Shown piece by piece: positions 47,301 to 62,100 of a stretch of 64,000 nucleotides of DNA (position 1 is its first letter; each line of letters opens with the position of its first letter). A program made the position numbers and the translations under genes. The notes below the pieces were generated by a model. That model saw only the letters and a list, made by a program, of their open reading frames with translations. It was not told the DNA's origin and did not search any database. The stretch is from contig OZ024749.1 in assembly GCA_964016885.1 (NCBI GenBank), positions 19,530,001 to 19,594,000 of the forward strand. The letters run 5' to 3'. The DNA is from Eledone cirrhosa. Taxonomy: Eukaryota.

Positions 47301-50300
47301 ACACTATCTATACATTGTTAATAACTGTATTTACACTATCTATACACTGTTAATGACTGTATTTACACTATCTATACACTGTTAATGACTGTATTTACAC
47401 TATCTATACACTGTTAATAACTGTATTTACACTATTTATACACTGTTAATAACTGTATTTATACTATCTATACACTGTTAATGACTGTATTTACACTATC
47501 TATACACTGTTAATGACTGTATTTACACTATCTATACACTGTTAATGACTGTATTTACACTATCTATACACCGTTAATGACTGTATTTACATTATCTATA
47601 CACTGTTAATGACTGTATTTACACTATCTATACACCGTTAATGACTGTATTTACATTATCTATACACTGTTAATGACTGTATTTACACTATCTATACACT
47701 GTTAATGACTGTATTTACACTATCTATACACTGTTAATAACTGTATTTACACTATCTATACACTGTTAATGACTGTATTTACACTATCTATACACTGTTA
47801 ATAACTGTATTTACACTGTTAATAACTGTATTTACACTGTTAATGACTGTATTTACACTATCTATACATTGTTAATGACTGTATTTACACTATCTATACA
47901 CTGTTAATGACTGTATTTACACTATCTATACACTGTTAATGACTGTATTTACAGTATCTATACACTGTTAATAACTGTATTTACACTATCTATACACTGT
48001 TAATAACTGTATTTACACTATCTATACACTGTTAATGACTGTATTTACACTATCTATACATTGTTAATGACTGTATTTACACTATCTATACACTGTTAAT
48101 GTCTGTATTTACACTATTTATACACTGTTAATAACTGTATTTACACTATCTATACACTGTTAATGACTGTATTTACACTATCTATACACTGTTAATGACT
48201 GTATTTACACTATCTATACACTGTTAATGACTGTATTTACACTATCTATACACTGTTAATGACTGTATTTACATTATCTATACACTGTTAATGACTGTAT
48301 TTACACTATCTATACACTGTTAATGACTGTATTTACACTATCTATACATTGTTAATGACTGTATTTACACTATCTATACACTGTTAATGACTGTATTTAC
48401 ACTATCTATACACTGTTAATGACTGTATTTACACTATCTATACACCGTTAATGACTGTATTTACATTATCTATACACTGTTAATGACTGTATTTACACTA
48501 TCTATACACCGTTAATGACTGTATTTACATTATCTATACACTGTTAATGACTGTATTTACACTATCTATACACTGTAAATAACTGTATTTACACTATCTA
48601 TACATTGTTAATAACTGTATTTACACTATCTATACACTGTTAATGACTGTATTTACACTATCTATGCACTGTTAATGACTGTATTTACACTATCTATACA
48701 CTGTTAATGACTGTATTTACACTATCTATACATTGTTAATGACTGTATTTACACTATCTATACACTGTTAATAACTGTATTTACACTATCTATACACTGT
48801 TAATGACTGTATTTACACTATCTATACATTGTTAATGACTGTATTTATACTATCTATACATTGTTAATGACTGTATTTACACTATCTATACACTGTTAAT
48901 GACTGTATTTACACTATCCATACATTGTTAATGACTGTATTTACACTATCTATACACTGTTAATGACTGTATTTACACTATTTATATACTGTTAATAACT
49001 GTATTTACACTATCTATACACTGTTAATGACTGTATTTACACTATCTATACACTGTTAATGACTGTATTTACACTATCTATACACTGTTAATAACTGTAT
49101 TTACACTATCTATACATTGTTAATGACTGTATTTACACTATCTATACACTGTTAATGACTGTATTTACACTATCTATACACTGTTAATGACTGTATTTAC
49201 ACTATCTATACACTGTTAATAACTGTATTTACACTATCTATACACTGTTAATGACTGTATTTACACTATCTATACATTGTTAATGACTGTATTTACACTA
49301 TCTATACACTGTTAATGTCTGTATTTACACTATTTATACACTGTTAATAACTGTATTTACACTATCTATACACTGTTAATGACTGTATTTACACTATCTA
49401 TACACTGTTAATGACTGTATTTACACTATCTATACACTGTTAATGACTGTATTTACAATATCTATACACTGTTAATGACTGTATTTACACTATCTATACA
49501 TTGTTAATGACTGTATTTACACTATCTATACACTGTTAATGACTGTATTTACACTATCTATACACTGTTAATGACTGTATTTACACTATCTATACATTGT
49601 TAATGACTGTATTTACACTATCTATACACTATTAATGACTGTATTTACACTATCTATACACTGTTAATGACTGTATTTACGCTATCTATACACTGTTAAT
49701 GACTGTATTTACACTATCTATACACTGTTAATGACTGTATTTACACTATCTATACACTGTTAATGACTGTATTTACACTATCTATACACTGTTAATGACT
49801 GTATTTACACTATCTATACACTGTTAATGACTGTATTTACACTATCTATACACTGTTAATAACTGTATTTACACTATTTATACACTGTTAATAACTGTAT
49901 TTATACTATCTATACACTGTTAATGACTGTATTTACACTATCTATACACTGTTAATGACTGTATTTACACTATCTATACACTGTTAATGACTGTATTTAC
50001 ACTATCTATACACCGTTAATGACTGTATTTACATTATCTATACACTGTTAATGACTGTATTTACACTATCTATACACCGTTAATGACTGTATTTACATTA
50101 TCTATACACTGTTAATGACTGTATTTACACTATCTATACACTGTTAATGACTGTATTTACACTATCTATACACTGTTAATAACTGTATTTACACTATCTA
50201 TACACTGTTAATGACTGTATTTACACTATCTATACACTGTTAATAACTGTATTTACACTGTTAATAACTGTATTTACACTGTTAATGACTGTATTTAGAC

Positions 50301-50650
50301 TATCTATACATTGTTAATGACTGTATTTACACTATCTATACACTGTTAATGACTGTATTTACACTATCTATACACTGTTAATGACTGTATTTACACTATC
50401 TATACACTGTTAATGACTGTATTTACACTATCTATACACTGTTAATGACTGTATTTACACTATCTATAGATTGTTAATGACTGTATTTACACTATCTATA
50501 CACTGTTAATGACTGTATTTACACTATATACTGTTAATGACTGTATTTACACTATCTATACACTGTTAATGACTGTATTTACACTATCTATAGACTGTTA
50601 ATGACTGTATTTACACTATCTATACACTGTTAATGACTGTATTTACACTA
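41400..50650. repeat. Tandem block duplication, 2 x ~4.5-4.75 kb
   Basis: ACAGTATC 43199/47951 and 21-mer doublet 43045/47797 (offset 4752); doublet followed by TTTAGACT 45711/50239 and TTTACAATATC ~44925/~49453 (offset 4528, i.e. 7 monomers fewer). Confidence 0.85.
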
Positions 50651-50879
50651 TCTATACACTGTTAATGACTGTATTTACACTATCTATACACCGTTAATGA
50701 CTGTATTTACGCTATCTATACACCGTTAATGACTGTATTTACACTATCTATACACTGTTAATGACTGTATTTACACTATCTATACACTGTTAATGACTGT
50801 ATTTACACAATCTATACATTGTTAATGACTGTATTTACACTATCTATACACTGTTAATGACTGTATTTACACTATCTAT

Positions 50880-53800
50880 ACACTGTTAATGACTGTATTT
50901 ACACCATCTATACACTGTTAATGACTGTATTTACACTATCTATACACTGTTAATGACTGTATTTACACTATCTATACACTGTTAATGACTGTATTTACAC
51001 TATCTATACACTGTTAATGACTGTATTTACACTATCTATACACCGTTAATGACTGTATTTACACTATCTATACACTGTTAATGACTGTATTAACATTATC
51101 TATACACTGTTAATGACTGTATTTACATTATCTATACACTGTTAATGACTGTATTTACACTATCTATACACTGTTAATGACTATTTACACTATCTATACA
51201 TTGTTAATGACCGTATTTACACTATCTATACACTGTTAATGACTGTATTTACACTATCTATACACTGTCAATGACTGTATTTACGCTATCTATACACTGT
51301 TAATGACTGTATTTACACTATCTATACACTGTTAATGACTGTATTTACACTATCTATACACTATTAATAACTGTATTTACACTATCTATACACTGTTAAT
51401 GACTGTATTTACACTATCTATACACTGTTAATAACTGTATTTACACTATCTATACACTGTTAATGACTGTATTTACACTATCTATACATTGTTAATAACT
51501 GTATTTACACTATCTATACACTGTTAATGACTGTATTTACACTATCTATACACTGTTAATGACTGTATTTACACTATCTATACACTGTTAATGACTGTAT
51601 TTACACTATCTATTGACTGTTAATGACTGTATTTACACTATCTATACACTGTTAATGACTGTATTTACACTATCTATATATTGTTAATGACTGTATTTAC
51701 ACTATCTATACACTGTTAATAACTGTATTTACACTATCTATACACTGTTAATGACTGTATTTACACTATCTATACATTGTTAATGACTGTATTTACACTA
51801 ACTATACACTGTTAATGACTGTATTTACACTATCTATACACTGTTAATAACTGTATTTACACTATCTATACATTGTTAATAACTGTATTTACACTATCTA
51901 TACACTGTTAATGACTGTATTTACACTATCTATACACTGTTAATGACTGTATTTACACTATCTATACATTGTTAATGACTGTATTTACACTATCTATACA
52001 CTGTTAATGACTGTATTTACACTATCTATACACTGTTAATGACTGTATTTACACTATCTATACACTGTTAATGACTGTATTTACATTATCTATACACTGT
52101 TAATGACTGTATTTACACTATCTATACACTGTTAATGACTGTATTTACACTATCTATACATTGTTAATGACTGTATTTACACTATCTATACACTGTTAAT
52201 GACTGTATTTACACTATCTATACACTGTTAATGACCGTATTTACACTATCTATACATTGTTAATGACTGTATTTACACTATCTATACACTGTTAATGACT
52301 GTATTTACACTATCTATACACTGTCAATGACTGTATTTACGCTATCTATACACTGTTAATGACTGTATTTACACTATCTATACACTGTTAATGACTGTAT
52401 TTACACTATCTATACACTATTAATAACTGTATTTACACTATCTATACACTGTTAATGACTGTATTTACACTATCTATACACTGTTAATAACTGTATTTAC
52501 ACTATCTATACACTGTTAATAACTGTATTTACACTATTTATATACTGTTAATAACTGTATTTACACTATCTATACACTGTTAATGACTGTATTTACACTA
52601 TCTATACACTGTTAATGACTGTATTTACACTATCTATACACTGTTAATAACTGTATTTACACTATCTATACATTGTTAATAACTGTATTTACACTATCTA
52701 TACACTGTTAATGACTGTATTTACACTATCTATACACTGTTAATGACTGTATTTACACTATCTATACACTGTTAATAACTGTATTTACACTATTTATACA
52801 CTGTTAATAACTGTATTTATACTATCTATACACTGTTAATGACTGTATTTACACTATCTATACACTGTTAATGACTGTATTTACACTATCTATACACTGT
52901 TAATGACTGTATTTACACTATCTATACACCGTTAATGACTATTTACATTATCTATACACTGTTAATGACTGTATTTACACTATCTATACACCGTTAATGA
53001 CTGTATTTACATTATCTATACACTGTTAATGACTGTATTTACACTATCTATACACTGTTAATGACTGTATTTACACTATCTATACACTGTTAATAACTGT
53101 ATTTACACTATCTATACACTGTTAATGACTGTATTTACACTATCTATACACTGTTAATAACTGTATTTACACTATCTATACACTGTTAATGACTGTATTT
53201 ACACTATCTATACATTGTTAATGACTGTATTTACACTATCTATACACTGTTAATGTCTGTATTTACACTATTTATACACTGTTAATAACTGTATTTACAC
53301 TATCTATACACTGTTAATGACTGTATTTACACTATCTATACACTGTTAATAACTGTATTTACACTATCTATACACTGTTAATAACTGTATTTACACTATC
53401 TATACACTGTTAATGACTGTATTTACACTATCTATACATTGTTAATGACTGTATTTACACTATCTATACACTGTTAATGTCTGTATTTACACTATTTATA
53501 CACTGTTAATAACTGTATTTACACTATCTATACACTGTTAATGACTGTATTTACACCATCTATACACTGTTAATGACTGTATTTACACTATCTATACACT
53601 GTTAATGACTGTATTTACACTATCTATACACTGTTAATGACTGTATTTACACTATCTATACACTGTTAATGACTGTATTTACACTATCTATACACCGTTA
53701 ATGACTGTATTTACACTATCTATACACTGTTAATGACTGTATTAACATTATCTATACACTGTTAATGACTGTATTTACATTATCTATACACTGTTAATGA

Positions 53801-56190
53801 CTGTATTTACACTATCTATACACTGTTAATGACTATTTACACTATCTATACATTGTTAATGACCGTATTTACACTATCTATACACTGTTAATGACTGTAT
53901 TTACACTATCTATACACTGTCAATGACTGTATTTACGCTATCTATACACTGTTAATGACTGTATTTACACTATCTATACACTGTTAATGACTGTATTTAC
54001 ACTATCTATACACTATTAATAACTGTATTTACACTATCTATACACTGTTAATGACTGTATTTACACTATCTATACACTGTTAATAACTGTATTTACACTA
54101 TCTATACACTGTTAATGACTGTATTTACACTATCTATACATTGTTAATAACTGTATTTACACTATCTATACACTGTTAATGACTGTATTTACACTATCTA
54201 TACACTGTTAATGACTGTATTTACACTATCTATACACTGTTAATGACTGTATTTACACTATCTATTGACTGTTAATGACTGTATTTACACTATCTATACA
54301 CTGTTAATGACTGTATTTACACTATCTATATATTGTTAATGACTGTATTTACACTATCTATACACTGTTAATAACTGTATTTACACTATCTATACACTGT
54401 TAATGACTGTATTTACACTATCTATACATTGTTAATGACTGTATTTACACTAACTATACACTGTTAATGACTGTATTTACACTATCTATACACTGTTAAT
54501 AACTGTATTTACACTATCTATACATTGTTAATAACTGTATTTACACTATCTATACACTGTTAATGACTGTATTTACACTATCTATACACTGTTAATGACT
54601 GTATTTACACTATCTATACATTGTTAATGACTGTATTTACACTATCTATACACTGTTAATGACTGTATTTACACTATCTATACACTGTTAATGACTGTAT
54701 TTACACTATCTATACACTGTTAATGACTGTATTTACATTATCTATACACTGTTAATGACTGTATTTACACTATCTATACACTGTTAATGACTGTATTTAC
54801 ACTATCTATACATTGTTAATGACTGTATTTACACTATCTATACACTGTTAATGACTGTATTTACACTATCTATACACTGTTAATGACCGTATTTACACTA
54901 TCTATACATTGTTAATGACTGTATTTACACTATCTATACACTGTTAATGACTGTATTTACACTATCTATACACTGTCAATGACTGTATTTACGCTATCTA
55001 TACACTGTTAATGACTGTATTTACACTATCTATACACTGTTAATGACTGTATTTACACTATCTATACACTATTAATAACTGTATTTACACTATCTATACA
55101 CTGTTAATGACTGTATTTACACTATCTATACACTGTTAATAACTGTATTTACACTATCTATACACTGTTAATAACTGTATTTACACTATTTATATACTGT
55201 TAATAACTGTATTTACACTATCTATACACTGTTAATGACTGTATTTACACTATCTATACACTGTTAATGACTGTATTTACACTATCTATACACTGTTAAT
55301 AACTGTATTTACACTATCTATACATTGTTAATAACTGTATTTACACTATCTATACACTGTTAATGACTGTATTTACACTATCTATACACTGTTAATGACT
55401 GTATTTACACTATCTATACACTGTTAATAACTGTATTTACACTATTTATACACTGTTAATAACTGTATTTATACTATCTATACACTGTTAATGACTGTAT
55501 TTACACTATCTATACACTGTTAATGACTGTATTTACACTATCTATACACTGTTAATGACTGTATTTACACTATCTATACACCGTTAATGACTATTTACAT
55601 TATCTATACACTGTTAATGACTGTATTTACACTATCTATACACCGTTAATGACTGTATTTACATTATCTATACACTGTTAATGACTGTATTTACACTATC
55701 TATACACTGTTAATGACTGTATTTACACTATCTATACACTGTTAATAACTGTATTTACACTATCTATACACTGTTAATGACTGTATTTACACTATCTATA
55801 CACTGTTAATAACTGTATTTACACTATCTATACACTGTTAATGACTGTATTTACACTATCTATACATTGTTAATGACTGTATTTACACTATCTATACACT
55901 GTTAATGTCTGTATTTACACTATTTATACACTGTTAATAACTGTATTTACACTATCTATACACTGTTAATGACTGTATTTACACTATCTATACACTGTTA
56001 ATAACTGTATTTACACTATCTATACACTGTTAATAACTGTATTTACACTATCTATACACTGTTAATGACTGTATTTACACTATCTATACATTGTTAATGA
56101 CTGTATTTACACTATCTATACACTGTTAATGTCTGTATTTACACTATTTATACACTGTTAATAACTGTATTTACACTATCTATACACTGT
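50880..56190. repeat. Tandem block duplication, 2 x 2,652 bp (83 monomers, two of them 30 bp)
   Basis: TAACATTATC 51091/53743, TATTGACT 51611/54263, CACTAACT ~51796/54448; 83x32-4 = 2652. Confidence 0.88.
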
Positions 56191-59100
56191 TAATGACTGT
56201 ATTTACACTATCTATACACTGTTAATGACTGTATTTACACTATCTATACATTGTTAATAACTGTATTTACACTATCTATACACTGTTAATGACTGTATTT
56301 ACACTATCTATACACTGTTAATGACTGTATTTACACTATCTATACACTGTTAATGACTGTATTTACACTATCTATTGACTGTTAATGACTGTATTTACAC
56401 TATCTATACACTGTTAATGACTGTATTTACACTATCTATACATTGTTAATAACTGTATTTACACTATCTATACATTGTTAATAACTGTATTTACACTATC
56501 TATACACTGTTAATGACTGTATTTACACTGTCTATACACTGTTAATGACTGTATTTACACTATCTATACATTGTTAATGACTGTATTTACACTATCTATA
56601 CACTATTAATGACTGTATTTACACTATCTATACACTGTTAATGACTGTATTTACACTATCTATACACTGTTAATGACTGTATTTACATTATCTATACACT
56701 GTTAATGACTGTATTTACACTATCTATACACTGTTAATGACTGTATTTACACTATCTATACATTGTTAATGACTGTATTTACACTATCTATACACTGTTA
56801 ATGACTGTATTTACACTATCTATACACTGTTAATGACCGTATTTACACTATCTATACATTGTTAATGACTGTATTTACACTATCTATACACTGTTAATGA
56901 CTGTATTTACACTATCTATACACTGTCAATGACTGTATTTACGCTATCTATACACTGTTAATGACTGTATTTACACTATCTATACACTGTTAATGACTGT
57001 ATTTACACTATCTATACACTATTAATAACTGTATTTACACTATCTATACACTGTTAATGACTGTATTTACACTATCTATACACTGTTAATAACTGTATTT
57101 ACACTATCTATACACTGTTAATAACTGTATTTACACTATTTATATACTGTTAATAACTGTATTTACACTATCTATACACTGTTAATGACTGTATTTACAC
57201 TATCTATACACTGTTAATGACTGTATTTACACTATCTATACACTGTTAATAACTGTATTTACACTATCTATACATTGTTAATAACTGTATTTACACTATC
57301 TATACACTGTTAATGACTGTATTTACACTATCTATACACTGTTAATGACTGTATTTACACTATCTATACACTGTTAATAACTGTATTTACACTATTTATA
57401 CACTGTTAATAACTGTATTTATGACTATCTATACACTGTTAATGACTGTATTTACACTATCTATACACTGTTAATGACTGTATTTACACTATCTATACAC
57501 TGTTAATGACTGTATTTACACTATCTATACACCGTTAATGACTGTATTTACATTATCTATACACTGTTAATGACTGTATTTACACTATCTATACACCGTT
57601 AATGACTGTATTTACATTATCTATACACTGTTAATGACTGTATTTACACTATCTATACACTGTTAATGACTGTATTTACACTATCTATACACTGTTAATA
57701 ACTGTATTTACACTATCTATACACTGTTAATGACTGTATTTACACTATCTATACACTGTTAATAACTGTATTTACACTGTTAATAACTGTATTTACACTG
57801 TTAATGACTGTATTTACACTATCTATACATTGTTAATGACTGTATTTACACTATCTATACACTGTTAATGACTGTATTTACACTATCTATACACTGTTAA
57901 TGACTGTATTTACAGTATCTATACACTGTTAATAACTGTATTTACACTATCTATACACTGTTAATAACTGTATTTACACTATCTATACACTGTTAATGAC
58001 TGTATTTACACTATCTATACATTGTTAATGACTGTATTTACACTATCTATACACTGTTAATGTCTGTATTTACACTATTTATACACTGTTAATAACTGTA
58101 TTTACACTATCTATACACTGTTAATGACTGTATTTACACTATCTATACACTGTTAATGACTGTATTTACACTATCTATACACTGTTAATGACTGTATTTA
58201 CACTATCTATACACTGTTAATGACTGTATTTACATTATCTATACACTGTTAATGACTGTATTTACACTATCTATACACTGTTAATGACTGTATTTACACT
58301 ATCTATACATTGTTAATGACTGTATTTACACTATCTATACACTGTTAATGACTGTATTTACACTATCTATACACTGTTAATGACTGTATTTACACTATCT
58401 ATACACCGTTAATGACTGTATTTACATTATCTATACACTGTTAATGACTGTATTTACACTATCTATACACCGTTAATGACTGTATTTACATTATCTATAC
58501 ACTGTTAATGACTGTATTTACACTATCTATACACTGTAAATAACTGTATTTACACTATCTATACATTGTTAATAACTGTATTTACACTATCTATACACTG
58601 TTAATGACTGTATTTACACTATCTATGCACTGTTAATGACTGTATTTACACTATCTATACACTGTTAATGACTGTATTTACACTATCTATACATTGTTAA
58701 TGACTGTATTTACACTATCTATACACTGTTAATAACTGTATTTACACTATCTATACACTGTTAATGACTGTATTTACACTATCTATACATTGTTAATGAC
58801 TGTATTTATACTATCTATACATTGTTAATGACTGTATTTACACTATCTATACACTGTTAATGACTGTATTTACACTATCCATACATTGTTAATGACTGTA
58901 TTTACACTATCTATACACTGTTAATGACTGTATTTACACTATTTATATACTGTTAATAACTGTATTTACACTATCTATACACTGTTAATGACTGTATTTA
59001 CACTATCTATACACTGTTAATGACTGTATTTACACTATCTATACACTGTTAATAACTGTATTTACACTATCTATACATTGTTAATGACTGTATTTACACT

Positions 59101-62100
59101 ATCTATACACTGTTAATGACTGTATTTACACTATCTATACACTGTTAATAACTGTATTTACACTATCTATACACTGTTAATGACTGTATTTACACTATCT
59201 ATACATTGTTAATGACTGTATTTACACTATCTATACACTGTTAATGTCTGTATTTACACTATTTATACACTGTTAATAACTGTATTTACACTATCTATAC
59301 ACTGTTAATGACTGTATTTACACTATCTATACACTGTTAATGACTGTATTTACACTATCTATACACTGTTAATGACTGTATTTACAATATCTATACACTG
59401 TTAATGACTGTATTTACACTATCTATACATTGTTAATGACTGTATTTACACTATCTATACACTGTTAATGACTGTATTTACACTATCTATACACTGTTAA
59501 TGACTGTATTTACACTATCTATACATTGTTAATGACTGTATTTACACTATCTATACACTATTAATGACTGTATTTACACTATCTATACACTGTTAATGAC
59601 TGTATTTACGCTATCTATACACTGTTAATGACTGTATTTACACTATCTATACACTGTTAATGACTGTATTTACACTATCTATACACTGTTAATGACTGTA
59701 TTTACACTATCTATACACTGTTAATGACTGTATTTACACTATCTATACACTGTTAATGACTGTATTTACACTATCTATACACTGTTAATAACTGTATTTA
59801 CACTATTTATACACTGTTAATAACTGTATTTATACTATCTATACACTGTTAATGACTGTATTTACACTATCTATACACTGTTAATGACTGTATTTACACT
59901 ATCTATACACTGTTAATGACTGTATTTACACTATCTATACACCGTTAATGACTGTATTTACATTATCTATACACTGTTAATGACTGTATTTACACTATCT
60001 ATACACCGTTAATGACTGTATTTACATTATCTATACACTGTTAATGACTGTATTTACACTATCTATACACTGTTAATGACTGTATTTACACTATCTATAC
60101 ACTGTTAATAACTGTATTTACACTATCTATACACTGTTAATGACTGTATTTACACTATCTATACACTGTTAATAACTGTATTTACACTGTTAATAACTGT
60201 ATTTACACTGTTAATGACTGTATTTAGACTATCTATACATTGTTAATGACTGTATTTACACTATCTATACACTGTTAATGACTGTATTTACACTATCTAT
60301 ACACTGTTAATGACTGTATTTACACTATCTATACACTGTTAATGACTGTATTTACACTATCTATACACTGTTAATGACTGTATTTACACTATCTATAGAT
60401 TGTTAATGACTGTATTTACACTATCTATACACTGTTAATGACTGTATTTACACTATATACTGTTAATGACTGTATTTACACTATCTATACACTGTTAATG
60501 ACTGTATTTACACTATCTATAGACTGTTAATGACTGTATTTACACTATCTATACACTGTTAATGACTGTATTTACACTATCTATACATTGTTAATGACTG
60601 TATTTACACTATCTATACACTGTTAATGTCTGTATTTACACTATTTATACACTGTTAATAACTGTATTTACACTATCTATACACTGTTAATGACTGTATT
60701 TACACTATCTATACACTGTTAATGACTGTATTTACACTATCTATACATTGTTAATAACTGTATTTACACTATCTATACACTGTTAATGACTGTATTTACA
60801 CTATCTATACACTGTTAATGACTGTATTTACACTATCTATACACTGTTAATGACTGTATTTACACTATCTATTGACTGTTAATGACTGTATTTACACTAT
60901 CTATACACTGTTAATGACTGTATTTACACTATCTATACATTGTTAATAACTGTATTTACACTATCTATACATTGTTAATAACTGTATTTACACTATCTAT
61001 ACACTGTTAATGACTGTATTTACACTGTCTATACACTGTTAATGACTGTATTTACACTATCTATACATTGTTAATGACTGTATTTACACTATCTATACAC
61101 TATTAATGACTGCATTTACACTATCTATACACTGTTAATGACTGTATTTACACTATCTATACACTGTTAATGACTGTATTTACATTATCTATACACTGTT
61201 AATGACTGTATTTACACTATCTATACACTGTTAATGACTGTATTTACACTATCTATACATTGTTAATGACTGTATTTACACTATCTATACACTGTTAATG
61301 ACTGTATTTACACTATCTATACACTGTTAATGACCGTATTTACACTATCTATACATTGTTAATGACTGTATTTACACTATCTATACACTGTTAATGACTG
61401 TATTTACACTATCTATACACTGTCAATGACTGTATTTACGCTATCTATACACTGTTAATGACTGTATTTACACTATCTATACACTGTTAATGACTGTATT
61501 TACACTATCTATACACTATTAATAACTGTATTTACACTATCTATACACTGTTAATGACTGTATTTACACTATCTATACACTGTTAATAACTGTATTTACA
61601 CTATCTATACACTGTTAATAACTGTATTTACACTATTTATATACTGTTAATAACTGTATTTACACTATCTATACACTGTTAATGACTGTATTTACACTAT
61701 CTATACACTGTTAATGACTGTATTTACACTATCTATACACTGTTAATGACTGTATTTACACTATCTATACACCGTTAATGACTGTATTTACATTATCTAT
61801 ACACTGTTAATGACTGTATTTACACTATCTATACACCGTTAATGACTGTATTTACATTATCTATACACTGTTAATGACTGTATTTACACTATCTATACAC
61901 TGTTAATGACTGTATTTACACTATCTATACACTGTTAATAACTGTATTTACACTATCTATACACTGTTAATGACTGTATTTACACTATCTATACACTGTT
62001 AATAACTGTATTTACACTGTTAATAACTGTATTTACACTGTTAATGACTGTATTTACACTATCTATACATTGTTAATGACTGTATTTACACTATCTATAC

